From contig CAWBLB010000005.1 in NCBI GenBank assembly GCA_963789585.1, positions 27,973 to 91,972 of the forward strand: a stretch of 64,000 nt of DNA. Direction: 5' to 3'. The notes beneath the pieces are model-generated. The model had not been told where the DNA came from and searched no databases. It saw nothing but the letters and a program-made list of their open reading frames with translations. This DNA is from an uncultured Actinomycetes bacterium (GTDB taxonomy: Bacteria; Actinomycetota; Thermoleophilia; Gaiellales; Gaiellaceae). Shown one piece after another: positions 45,458 through 54,033 of this stretch. The position numbers and the translations under genes were made by a program. Each line of letters opens with the position of its first letter. The stretch's first letter is position 1.

Positions 45458-46173
45458 ACGGGTGCCGCCGACAACAGGCGAGCGGCCTCGACGAGCGAGC
45501 CGAGGATGAGGCTCCCGTCGGTCGAACCGAGCAGCGGATCGACGGCGTGCTCCGGGTGCGGCATGAGCCCGAAGACGTTCCCGGCCGCGTTGCAGACGCC
45601 GGCGACGTCGGCGACGGAACCGTTCGGGTTGGCGCCCGGGGCATACCGAAGGACGAGCTGTCCGCCGACATCGAGCTCGTCGACGAGCTCCTGCTCGGCA
45701 AACCAGCAGCCGTCGCCGTGCTTGACCGGAATCGTCAGCGGCCGGTCGGCGTCGCAGAGGGAGGTGAACGGCGTCTCCGTCCGGGTGACCTGGAGGGCAA
45801 CGTCACGGCACACGAACGAGAGCGCCGCGTTCGGGCGAAGCGTGCCCGGCAGAAGCCGAGCCTCGGTGAGGATCTGGAAGCCGTTGCAGATCCCGAGCAC
45901 GAGGCCGCCGTCGAGTGCGAATCGCGTCACCGCGGCCATGATCGGCGAGAAGCGCGCGATCGCCCCGCAGCGGAGATAGTCGCCGTACGAGAAGCCTCCC
46001 GGGAGGACCGCCGCCGCGGTGCCTGCGGGGAGCTCTGTCTCCGCGTGCCAGACGCGGGCGGTCTCGGCGCCGAGGCGCTCGAGGGCGAGCTGCGCGTCGC
46101 GGTCGTCGTTCGAGCCGGGGAACGAGACGACCGCGATCCGCGGGCGAGGCTCGGTGGAGAGGGTTTCGCTCAT
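45454..46173 (-). CDS. purQ: phosphoribosylformylglycinamidine synthase, glutaminase subunit
   Basis: IAVVSFPGSNDDRD, GGFSYGDYLR, GICNGFQIL (catalytic Cys), MPHPE. Confidence 0.95.
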   Translation of the reverse strand: MSETLSTEPRPRIAVVSFPGSNDDRDAQLALERLGAETARVWHAETELPAGTAAAVLPGGFSYGDYLRCGAIARFSPIMAAVTRFALDGGLVLGICNGFQILTEARLLPGTLRPNAALSFVCRDVALQVTRTETPFTSLCDADRPLTIPVKHGDGCWFAEQELVDELDVGGQLVLRYAPGANPNGSVADVAGVCNAAGNVFGLMPHPEHAVDPLLGSTDGSLILGSLVEAARLLSAAPV

Positions 46174-46415
46174 CGCTCGGGGTGGAGCTCGATCTCATAG
46201 CTCTCGATCAGCGGGTTGGCGAGCAGCTGCTCGCACATGCGCTCGATCTGCGAGCGAGCCTCTGCGGCGTCGTCGGTGGTGAGCACCAGCTCGACGAGCC
46301 TGCCGACCTTCGCGTCGTCCACGGCGAAGCCGAGGTGCCGGAGGCTGTTCTCGACCGCCTGCCCCTGGGGGTCGAGGATCCCGGCCTTGGGGCGGACGAG
46401 GACGGTCGCCTTCAC
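46170..46415 (-). CDS. purS: phosphoribosylformylglycinamidine synthase subunit PurS
   Basis: MKATVLVRPKAGILDPQGQAVENSLRHLGF...LANPLIESYEIEL. Confidence 0.9.
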   Translation of the reverse strand: MKATVLVRPKAGILDPQGQAVENSLRHLGFAVDDAKVGRLVELVLTTDDAAEARSQIERMCEQLLANPLIESYEIELHPER

Positions 46416-47275
46416 CCGAGCACGACGTTCGGCTCGGCGAGGTAGCGGTCGAAGGAGATCTCGGTCAGCCGTTCGAAAGCCTCGACGTAGCGCGAACGCG
46501 TGCCGGCGACCACGTCGCCCGGCAGCTCGGGGCCGGGAGCCGTCTTGCCCCAGCCGAGCGTCTCGCAGTAATCGCGAACGAACTGCTTGTCGAAGGACGG
46601 CTGGGCGCCTCCCGGCCGGTACTCGTCGGCGGGCCAGAAACGCGACGAGTCAGGCGTGAACGCCTCGTCTGCGAGCACGAGCTCGCCGTGTTCGTCGACC
46701 CCGAACTCGAGCTTGGTGTCGGCGAGGATGATCCCGCGCGCAGCGGCGTGCTCGGACACGAAGCGGTAGAGAGCGAGCGTCAGCCGCTCGGCCTCGTCGA
46801 AGCGGCTCTCACCGACGAGAGCGATCGCGGCGGCCCGGTCGATGTTCTCGTCGTGCCCGGTCTGGGCCTTGGTCGCCGGTGTGAAGATGGGCTGCGGCAG
46901 CCGTTCCGATTCGCTGAGCCCCTCCGGGAGACGATGACCGCACACCTCGCCGGTCGCGAGGTAGTCCTTCCAGCCGGAGCCGGCGAGGTAACCGCGCACG
47001 ACGCATTCGATCGGCAGCATCTCGAGCCGGCGGCACTCGGTCGAACGCCCGTCGACGCGCAGCGCGAGCAGATGGTTCGGGACGATCGGCCGGGTCTGCG
47101 CGAACCAGAACGCGGACAGCCCGGTCAGGACGCGCCCCTTGTCGGGGATCTCGGTCGGCAGGACGACATCGAAGGTCGAGATCCGGTCGCTCGCGACGAG
47201 CAGAAGGCGCTCGTCATCGAGAGCGTAGATCTCGCGGACCTTTCCGCTTGCGAGGTGGGTGGCTGCTTCAGACAT
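46412..47275 (-). CDS. purC: SAICAR synthetase
   Basis: GKVREIY...LLLVASDRISTFD...ECVVRGYLAGSGW...ILADTKLEFG. Confidence 0.95.
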   Translation of the reverse strand: MSEAATHLASGKVREIYALDDERLLLVASDRISTFDVVLPTEIPDKGRVLTGLSAFWFAQTRPIVPNHLLALRVDGRSTECRRLEMLPIECVVRGYLAGSGWKDYLATGEVCGHRLPEGLSESERLPQPIFTPATKAQTGHDENIDRAAAIALVGESRFDEAERLTLALYRFVSEHAAARGIILADTKLEFGVDEHGELVLADEAFTPDSSRFWPADEYRPGGAQPSFDKQFVRDYCETLGWGKTAPGPELPGDVVAGTRSRYVEAFERLTEISFDRYLAEPNVVLG

Positions 47276-48593
47276 GCACCGTGTCCTCCTTTCGGGTGAG
47301 CGCGCGGAGGCGCTCGAAGATCGTGTCGACGTGCTGTACGGTCGCGGCGAGATCGAACACGCCGTCGAGGGCGCCGGCGTCGAGCCTGGCGGCGATCGCC
47401 TCATCTCCCTCGACGAGCGCACGAAAGTCGCGCTCCTCGTCCCAGGCCTGCATCGCGTTCCGCTGGACGAGGCGGTAGGCCTCGCCGCGAGGAAGACCGC
47501 TTTCGACGAGGGCGAGCAGGAGCCGGTGCGAGAAGACGAGGCCGTGGGAGGCGTCGATGTTCCTTCTCATCCGCTCGGAGTAGACGACGAGCCCCTCGAC
47601 GATCCAGGTGAAGCGGTCGAGCATGTAGTCGAGCGCGAGGAACGCGTCCGGTAGCACGATGCGCTCGGCGGAGGAGTGGGAGATGTCCCGCTCGTGCCAG
47701 AGAGCGACATTCTCGAGCCCGACCAGTGCCGTGGCCCGGACGACCCGGGCAAGGCCGCAGATACGTTCCGCAACCTTCGGGTTGCGTTTGTGCGGCATCG
47801 CCGAGGAGCCCTTCATCCCCTGCGCAAACGGTTCCTCGACCTCGCGAACCTCCGTCCTCGCGAGGTGGCGGATCTCCGTCGCGAACCGGTCGAGCGACGA
47901 GGCGACGAGAGCGAGCGCCGACAGCAGCTCGGCGTGGCGATCGCGCGCGATCACCTGGGTCGAGAGCGGGTCCGGCTCGAGGCCGAGCCGCTCACAGGCG
48001 ATGCGCTCGACCTCGGGATCGAGCCCGCCGTACGTGCCGACCGTGCCCGAGAGCTGGCCGACCCGGTTCGAGTCGAGCGCCCGGACGAGGCGCGTCCGGT
48101 CGCGGTCGAGCTCGAACGCCCAGCCCGCGAGCTTCCAGCCGAACGTGGTCGGCTCGGCGTGGACGCCGTGCGAGCGGCCGATGCAGATCGTGTGGCGGTG
48201 CTCCTCGGCCCGGCGCACGACGGCGGTGAGCGCACGATCGAGCCCGGCGAGGAGGAGCTTCCCGGCGTCCTGGCTCTGGAGTGCGAGTGCCGTGTCGACG
48301 ACATCGGAGGAGGTGAGGCCGTAGTGCACCCAACGTCCTTCCGGGCCGAGTTGCTCCGCGACCGCGTCGACGAACGCGGCAGTATCGTGGTCGGTCGTCA
48401 GCTCGATCTCGGCGACGCGCTCGGGCGTCGGCGTCTTGACCGTCGCACGAATCGTCTCGACGTCGGCCGCCGGGATCGTGCCCACCTCGGCCCAGCCGTC
48501 AAGCGCGGCCAGTTCGACCTCGAGCCACCGTGCGAGCTTCCCCTCCTCCGACCAGACGCCGGACATCTCGGGCCGGGAGTAGCGGGCGATCAC
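47268..48593 (-). CDS. purB: adenylosuccinate lyase
   Basis: MIARYSRPEM, HYGLTSSDVVDTA, the fumarate-lyase signature GSSAMPHKRNP. Confidence 0.95.
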   Translation of the reverse strand: MIARYSRPEMSGVWSEEGKLARWLEVELAALDGWAEVGTIPAADVETIRATVKTPTPERVAEIELTTDHDTAAFVDAVAEQLGPEGRWVHYGLTSSDVVDTALALQSQDAGKLLLAGLDRALTAVVRRAEEHRHTICIGRSHGVHAEPTTFGWKLAGWAFELDRDRTRLVRALDSNRVGQLSGTVGTYGGLDPEVERIACERLGLEPDPLSTQVIARDRHAELLSALALVASSLDRFATEIRHLARTEVREVEEPFAQGMKGSSAMPHKRNPKVAERICGLARVVRATALVGLENVALWHERDISHSSAERIVLPDAFLALDYMLDRFTWIVEGLVVYSERMRRNIDASHGLVFSHRLLLALVESGLPRGEAYRLVQRNAMQAWDEERDFRALVEGDEAIAARLDAGALDGVFDLAATVQHVDTIFERLRALTRKEDTVHV

Positions 48594-48641
48594 GAGGACA
48601 AGTCTAGAGACGGGTCAGGCGCATGCCCTGCACGAACCCGC

Positions 48642-49052
48642 TCAACGGACGCCGAGGATGCGGGCCGCGAGCACGGCCGCATTCTTCGCGTTGTCGACGC
48701 CGACGGTCGCGACGGGCACGCCGGGTGGCATCTGGACGATCGAGAGCAGCGCGTCGAGCCCATCGAGGACACTCATCGATGACCGCAAAGGCACCCCGAT
48801 CACCGGCAGCTCCGTCTGAGCGGCGACGACGCCCGGGAGCGCGGCTGCCAGGCCGGCGCCGCAGATCAGGACCCGCAGGCCGCGGCCGGCTGCCGAGCGT
48901 GCGTACTCGGAGACCGCATCCGGTGCGCGGTGCGCGGAACGCACCTCGAACTCCCATGCGATTCCGCGCATGTCGAGCTCGTCCAGCGCGGCCTGCATGC
49001 GTTCGCGGTCGGACTCGGAGCCGACCAGGATGCCGATGACCGGCTCAGCCAC
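48642..49052 (-). CDS. purE: N5-CAIR mutase-like PurE (short, variant motif)
   Basis: IGILVGSESD, SAHRAP, PVIGVP, SIVQMPPGVPVATVG. Only 136 aa, and GAGLAAALPG replaces the usual GAGGAAHLPG. Confidence 0.8.
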   Translation of the reverse strand: MAEPVIGILVGSESDRERMQAALDELDMRGIAWEFEVRSAHRAPDAVSEYARSAAGRGLRVLICGAGLAAALPGVVAAQTELPVIGVPLRSSMSVLDGLDALLSIVQMPPGVPVATVGVDNAKNAAVLAARILGVR

Positions 49053-50253
49053 CGGGCATCACCGCGATGTCGGTGCGAAAGCGCATTCCCTCGAATGTCA
49101 CGTTGTCCACGGCTGCATAGGCTTGCGCGCGCGCTTCCGGGATCGTCGGCGCGAGCGCGGTCACCGACAGGATACGTCCCCCGTTGGTCACGAGCCTTCC
49201 GTTGCGGATCGCCGTGCCGCCGTGGAAGACGAGCGCGCCGCGCGACTCGGCATCGGAGATCCCCGAGATGACGGCGCCGGCGTAGTCACTGCGGGCCGGG
49301 TAATCCGGGCCCGTGAGCACCACGGTGACGGTGGCATCGGGGCGCTCGTCGATCGTCGTGCCGGTGGCATCGCCGTTGGCCGCTCCTGCGAGTGCCTCGA
49401 GCAGGTCACCCTGGAGCCGGGGAAGTAGGACCTGCGTCTCCGGATCGCCGAAGCGCGCATTGAACTCGAGCACGCGCGGCCCATCGCCCGTGATCATCAG
49501 CCCGGCGAAGAGGCAGCCGATGAACGGCGTGCCCCGCCTGGCGAGCTCGTCGATCACGGGTTGGTGGATCTGCTCCACGAGTCCCGCCACGTCGTCGATG
49601 CCGGCCACCGGCGCGTAGGCGCCCATGCCTCCGGTGTTGGGCCCGGCATCTCCGTCCTGCGCGCGCTTGAAGTCCTGGGCCGCGCCGAGCGGAACGGCGC
49701 GACGGCCGTCGGAGAGGGCGAACAGCGAGACCTCGGAACCCTCGAGCAGCTCCTCGATCACGATCCGGCCGCCCAGGGCGACGGCGCCCCTCACGCCCGC
49801 GTCGACCTCCTCGGCCGTCCGGCAGACGAAGACGCCCTTGCCCGCCGCGAGGCCGTCGGCCTTGACGACACAGGGAGCGGTGGCAAACGGCAGCGATGCC
49901 GGCATCGGCACGCCGGCGGCCATCATCACGTCCTTCGCGAACGTCTTCGAGCCTTCGATCCGCGCCGCCTCCGCGCTTGGGCCGAAGACCGGGATCCCGG
50001 CGTGCCTGAGCTCGTCCGCGACGCCGGCGACGAGCGGCCCCTCGGGGCCGATCACCACGAGATCGACGTCGAGCGTGGTCGCGAGCCCGAGCAGGCCGTC
50101 TCCGTCCTCGGCCCGAACCGGGTGGCAGTCGCCGATCGCGGCGATCCCCGGGTTGCCGGGCGCCGCGTGCAACTCCCCGAGTGCGGAGCCGGCCGCCAGC
50201 TTCCAGGCAAGGGCGTGCTCCCGTGCGCCGGAGCCGACGAGAAGCACTCTCAC
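49045..50253 (-). CDS. purD: phosphoribosylamine-glycine ligase
   Basis: MRVLLVGSGAREHALAWKL, GNPGIA, ATP-grasp motifs, ARFGDPETQ. Confidence 0.95.
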   Translation of the reverse strand: MRVLLVGSGAREHALAWKLAAGSALGELHAAPGNPGIAAIGDCHPVRAEDGDGLLGLATTLDVDLVVIGPEGPLVAGVADELRHAGIPVFGPSAEAARIEGSKTFAKDVMMAAGVPMPASLPFATAPCVVKADGLAAGKGVFVCRTAEEVDAGVRGAVALGGRIVIEELLEGSEVSLFALSDGRRAVPLGAAQDFKRAQDGDAGPNTGGMGAYAPVAGIDDVAGLVEQIHQPVIDELARRGTPFIGCLFAGLMITGDGPRVLEFNARFGDPETQVLLPRLQGDLLEALAGAANGDATGTTIDERPDATVTVVLTGPDYPARSDYAGAVISGISDAESRGALVFHGGTAIRNGRLVTNGGRILSVTALAPTIPEARAQAYAAVDNVTFEGMRFRTDIAVMPGG

Positions 50254-50288
50254 GTGGCGAGTCTACTGCCCGCTTCAGCGGCCGACTC

Positions 50289-50375
50289 GTGCACCCGTGC
50301 ACCGTTCTGGTGGTCACGACACTCCTGGTGCATGCCACGATCGTTGCCTGCTCGTGCCGTGCACCACTTGTGCAC
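50289..50375. promoter_or_regulatory. cluster of GTGCAC palindromes upstream of purD
   Basis: GTGCAC at 50289, 50297, 50359 and 50370, plus GTGCAT at 50328, all in the purA-purD spacer. Confidence 0.35.
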
Positions 50376-50462
50376 CCCGGAAGCGCCTGAGGATCCGGTT
50401 CCGATCGGCAGGCCCGCGCGCGCGGACGCGCTCGGCCGGCGCCTCCGTACGTGGTTAGACAG

Positions 50463-51731
50463 TCACGCGAGGACACGCTCCCGGGCGGCGCCGACTCCGA
50501 CCAGCTCGACCGGAACCTCGAGCTCGCGCTCGACGAATTCGACATATCCCCGTGCCGCCGCGGGCAGCTCCACGCGTGTGCCTGCCGTGTCGAGCGGCTC
50601 CCGCCACCCGGCGAGGATCTCCCAGACGGGCCGGGCGTGATGGAAGTCGCTCTGGTGCGCCGGGAAGTGCGGTGTCTCCGATCCGTCGGGGAGCCGGTAG
50701 CGCACGCAGACCGGCAGCTCTGCGAAGTCGGAGAGCACGTCGAGCTTCGTCAATGCGAGCGAGGTGATCCCGTTCACGCGCACCGCGTAGCGCAGCGCGA
50801 CGAGGTCGAGCCAGCCGCAACGGCGCTCGCGTCCCGTGACCGTCCCGAATTCGCCGCCCAGGTTGCGGAGCCGCTCCTGGTCGGGCCCTTCGATCTCGGA
50901 CGGGAACGGGCCCTCGCCGACACGTGTGACGTAGGCCTTGGCAACACCGAGCACCCGATCGATCCGCGTCGGGCCGATCCCGATGCCCGTGGCTGCGCCC
51001 GAGGCGATCGGGTTCGACGAGGTGACGAACGGGTAGGTGCCGTGGTCGAGATCGAGCAGGGTCGCCTGGGCACCTTCGAAGAGCACGTCCTTCCCCGCTC
51101 GAAGCGCCTCGTGGACGAGGAGTGACGCGTCGCCGACGATCGGCCGGAGCCGCTTCGCATAGCTCTCGTACCTGCTGGCGACCTCGTCGAGGTCGAATCC
51201 GTCGACCTCGTAGACGCGCTCGAGCCAGACGTTCTTCTCGGCAAGCGCCACTGCGATCTTCTGCCTGAGGATCTTCGGGTCGAGGATGTCCTGCACCCGG
51301 ATCCCGATCCGGGAGGCCTTGTCGGCGTAGCAGGGGCCGATGCCTCGGCGGGTGGTGCCGATCTGGAGCTTGCCGAGCCGCCGCTCGGATGCCTGGTCGA
51401 TCGCGATGTGCCACGGCATGATCAGGTGCGCGTTGCCGGACAGCACGACCACCGAGGTGTCGATGCCTCTGGCCTCGAGATCGGCGAGCTCGGCGATCAG
51501 CACCTCCGGATCGACGACGCAGCCTGCGCCGATCACCGACACCTTGCCGGATATGACGCCGCTCGGCGTCGCCCGGATCTTGAACGTCTCCTCGCCGACC
51601 ACGATCGTGTGCCCTGCGTTCGGCCCACCCTGGTAGCGGCAGACCACATCAAAGCGCTGCGCAAGCAGGTCGACGATCTTGCCCTTGCCCTCGTCACCCC
51701 ACTGTGCGCCGACGACGACGGTCGCAGGCAC
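50463..51731 (-). CDS. purA: adenylosuccinate synthetase
   Basis: GTG start gives (M)PATVVVGAQWGDEGKGKIVD; GGPNAGHT, TTRRGIGP, and GWLD further downstream. Confidence 0.95.
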   Translation of the reverse strand: MPATVVVGAQWGDEGKGKIVDLLAQRFDVVCRYQGGPNAGHTIVVGEETFKIRATPSGVISGKVSVIGAGCVVDPEVLIAELADLEARGIDTSVVVLSGNAHLIMPWHIAIDQASERRLGKLQIGTTRRGIGPCYADKASRIGIRVQDILDPKILRQKIAVALAEKNVWLERVYEVDGFDLDEVASRYESYAKRLRPIVGDASLLVHEALRAGKDVLFEGAQATLLDLDHGTYPFVTSSNPIASGAATGIGIGPTRIDRVLGVAKAYVTRVGEGPFPSEIEGPDQERLRNLGGEFGTVTGRERRCGWLDLVALRYAVRVNGITSLALTKLDVLSDFAELPVCVRYRLPDGSETPHFPAHQSDFHHARPVWEILAGWREPLDTAGTRVELPAAARGYVEFVERELEVPVELVGVGAARERVLA

Positions 51732-51816
51732 GACTGCAGTCTGCCTGAGCCGGCCGGACGGCTGCGCTCGAAGCGCTCGTGCGCGCCGTGTTGCGCGCGC
51801 GCGGGCTTCCATCCGG

Positions 51817-52056
51817 TCAGTGCAGGCGCGACAGGGGGCGGCCCAGGCGGCGCACCACGATCCGATGACCGCGCCGGCAGGTGGTGAAGCCGACGTCGGC
51901 GTCGCGACGGAGTGTCCCCTCGATCAGCGAGGAGTGAACCGAGAGCGACCACGCATAGGTGTCCGACCAGCCCTTCCGTCGGGCCAGGCACGCCTCGCAG
52001 GGCGCTTCGAAGCTCGTCGCCTCGGGCCCCACCCAGACGTGCTGGCGGTCGATCAC
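51817..52056 (-). CDS. small CxxC...CxxGH protein, paralog 2 (79 aa)
   Basis: Shares VW..P.AT.F...CE.CL...GTL...VGF..CR.GHR..VRR..RP with the adjacent ORF. Coding-like codon usage. Confidence 0.55.
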   Translation of the reverse strand: MIDRQHVWVGPEATSFEAPCEACLARRKGWSDTYAWSLSVHSSLIEGTLRRDADVGFTTCRRGHRIVVRRLGRPLSRLH

Positions 52057-52072
52057 CGGTTTCCGGTGCTCC

Positions 52073-52363
52073 TCATACGAGCTCCAGTTGCCGTGCGTCT
52101 CGACGCGAGAGGCTCGGCGGCCGGGCGACGCGCCGGACGATCAGCCGGTGCCCTGCCCGGCAGCGGGCGAACCCGACCTCTGCCTCGGGGGCGAGCGTTC
52201 CCCGCACGGCGGCGGCCCGGACCGCTTCGAGGAACGAGGACTCCCCGCCCCGAACGGCGTCGAGGCAGCGCTCGCAGAGACACGAGAATCGCGTGGCGCT
52301 CGGCGCGATCCAGACAGCGTCGCTGCGACGCTCCAGCCGGCGACGTGTGGCCGGACGGGTCAT
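52073..52363 (-). CDS. small CxxC...CxxGH protein, paralog 1 (96 aa)
   Basis: The ATG overlaps the dnaB stop (ATGA). Paralogous to 51817-52056. Confidence 0.55.
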   Translation of the reverse strand: MTRPATRRRLERRSDAVWIAPSATRFSCLCERCLDAVRGGESSFLEAVRAAAVRGTLAPEAEVGFARCRAGHRLIVRRVARPPSLSRRDARQLELV

Positions 52364-53724
52364 GCCGCCGCCACCCGCGCGTCGTGCTGCGGCGCGAGGT
52401 CGGAGAACTTGGCGAAGCGCTTGAGGAAGGCGAGCTTCTCGGTCCCGATCGGCCCGTTGCGGTGCTTGGCGAGGATGATCTCCGCGAGCCCCTGGTCGTC
52501 GGACTGTTCGTTGTAGTACTCGTCCCGGTAGAGGAACATGACGAGGTCGGCATCCTGCTCGATGCTGCCCGACTCGCGAAGGTCGGAGAGCAGCGGACGC
52601 TTGTCGGTACGGCTCTCGACGGCGCGAGAGAGCTGGGAGAGCGCGAGCACCGGCACTTCGAGGTCGCCGGCGAGCACCTTGAGCGAGCGCGAGATCTGAG
52701 AGACCTCCTGGACGCGGTTCTCGGCGTTCGAGCCGGAGGTCATCAGCTGGAGGTAGTCGATCATGATCAGCCCGAGGTTGGGCTCGCGCGCCTTGAGGCG
52801 GCGCGCCTTGCCGCGAATCTCGAGCATCGTCGTCAGGCGCGTGTCGTCGACGTAGACCGGCGCCTTGGTCAGCGCATCACAGGCCTTGACGAGCCGCGGC
52901 CAGTCCTCGTTCGTGAGCCGTCCCGTGCGGAGGCGCTGCAGCTCGACGCGGCCCTCGGAGCACATCAACCGCTGAGCGACTTCGAGCTTCGACATCTCGA
53001 GCGTGAAGACGGCGACGGGGATCCCGTGGTGGAGCGCCAGATTCGAGGCGACCCCGAGCGCGAACGCCGACTTGCCCATGCTCGGCCGTCCGGCGACGAC
53101 GACGAGGTTTCCGGGCTGGAGGCCGGACGTCATCTGGTCGACGTCGCGGAAGCCGGTCGGCGTCCCGGTCATCTGTCCCCCGGACTCGTACATCTTGGTG
53201 ATCTGCTCGAAGCTCTCGCGAACGAGTGCCTCGATGTGCTCGAAGCTGCCTCGCATCCGGTGCTGCGCGAGGTCGAAGACCATCTGCTCGGCCCGATCGA
53301 CGAGCTCCGGCGTTTCGCCGGGCCGGTCCCAGCCGAGTCGCTGGATGCCCTCGCCGACCACCGTCAGCCCTCGAAGCGTCGCCATCTCGCGCACGATCCT
53401 CGCGTGGTGAGCCGCATTGGAGGTCGTAGGGACGAGAGTGGCGATCTCGCGGATCCGCTCCTTGCCACCGACCTCCTCGAGCTCGCCGTTCTCGTCCAGC
53501 TTGTCGGCGACCGTGATCGCGTCGACCGGATGCCCGTGCTGGAAGAGATCGAGCGCGGCGCGATAGATCTTCGCGTGCGATTCCCGGTAGAAGTCGCCCG
53601 CGTCCATGATCTCGCTCACCGCTTCGATCGCGTGGGCCGAGAGCATCATCGCCCCGAGGACGTACTCTTCGGCCTCGAGGTTCTGGGGGGGCAGGGGAGC
53701 CGTGGCCTGGAGGGGCTGGGCCAT
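52360..53724 (-). CDS. dnaB: replicative DNA helicase DnaB (no intein)
   Basis: PPQNLEAEEYVLGAMM, Walker A GRPSMGKSAF, IMIDYLQLM, RSLKVLAGDLEVPVLALSQLSR. Confidence 0.95.
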   Translation of the reverse strand: MAQPLQATAPLPPQNLEAEEYVLGAMMLSAHAIEAVSEIMDAGDFYRESHAKIYRAALDLFQHGHPVDAITVADKLDENGELEEVGGKERIREIATLVPTTSNAAHHARIVREMATLRGLTVVGEGIQRLGWDRPGETPELVDRAEQMVFDLAQHRMRGSFEHIEALVRESFEQITKMYESGGQMTGTPTGFRDVDQMTSGLQPGNLVVVAGRPSMGKSAFALGVASNLALHHGIPVAVFTLEMSKLEVAQRLMCSEGRVELQRLRTGRLTNEDWPRLVKACDALTKAPVYVDDTRLTTMLEIRGKARRLKAREPNLGLIMIDYLQLMTSGSNAENRVQEVSQISRSLKVLAGDLEVPVLALSQLSRAVESRTDKRPLLSDLRESGSIEQDADLVMFLYRDEYYNEQSDDQGLAEIILAKHRNGPIGTEKLAFLKRFAKFSDLAPQHDARVAAA

Positions 53725-53764
53725 CAGAGCCTAGTCAAGCCGTCGCGGTGGGTTGCCGCAATGG

Positions 53765-53967
53765 TGTGGAAAGGTGGCCGAGGGGCGCTGTGGAGACGTT
53801 CGGAGCACTGTATTTGCAGGCATGACAGAACATATGTTCGCAGATCGAGCGGACGGGGCGGTGGATGAAAACACCGCTCACAGCGCGAAGTTCGCGGCGA
53901 ATTTCCACATCCCGTGGACGGAGTGTGGAGAACTGTGCGACCGCCCTCTCCACAGGTTTGTGGACAA
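53765..53967. promoter_or_regulatory. cluster of six DnaA-box-like 9-mers (core TCCACA)
   Basis: 53765 tgtggaaag, 53789 tgtggagac, 53901 atttccaca, 53924 tgtggagaa, 53946 ctctccaca, 53959 tgtggacaa (reverse complement TTGTCCACA). Confidence 0.45.
53828..53839. promoter_or_regulatory. perfect GAAC-N4-GTTC palindrome (Gram-positive/actinobacterial SOS-box form)
   Basis: GAACATATGTTC lies about 105 nt upstream of the dnaB ATG, inside the most AT-rich patch of the spacer. Confidence 0.4.
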
Positions 53968-54033
53968 CCGCGGCCGGAGTCGCTTCGCTGCGAGCCTCGC
54001 GACGATGCGAGGCTGTGGGAGAACCTCGGGAAG

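Noticed and set aside
53725-54033. Calling the rplI-dnaB spacer the chromosomal origin (oriC).
   Set aside because: No dnaA, dnaN or rpmH is nearby, and the AT-rich patch is short (about 40 bp) with no obvious repeated 13-mer-type unwinding element. Reported only as a DnaA-box cluster.
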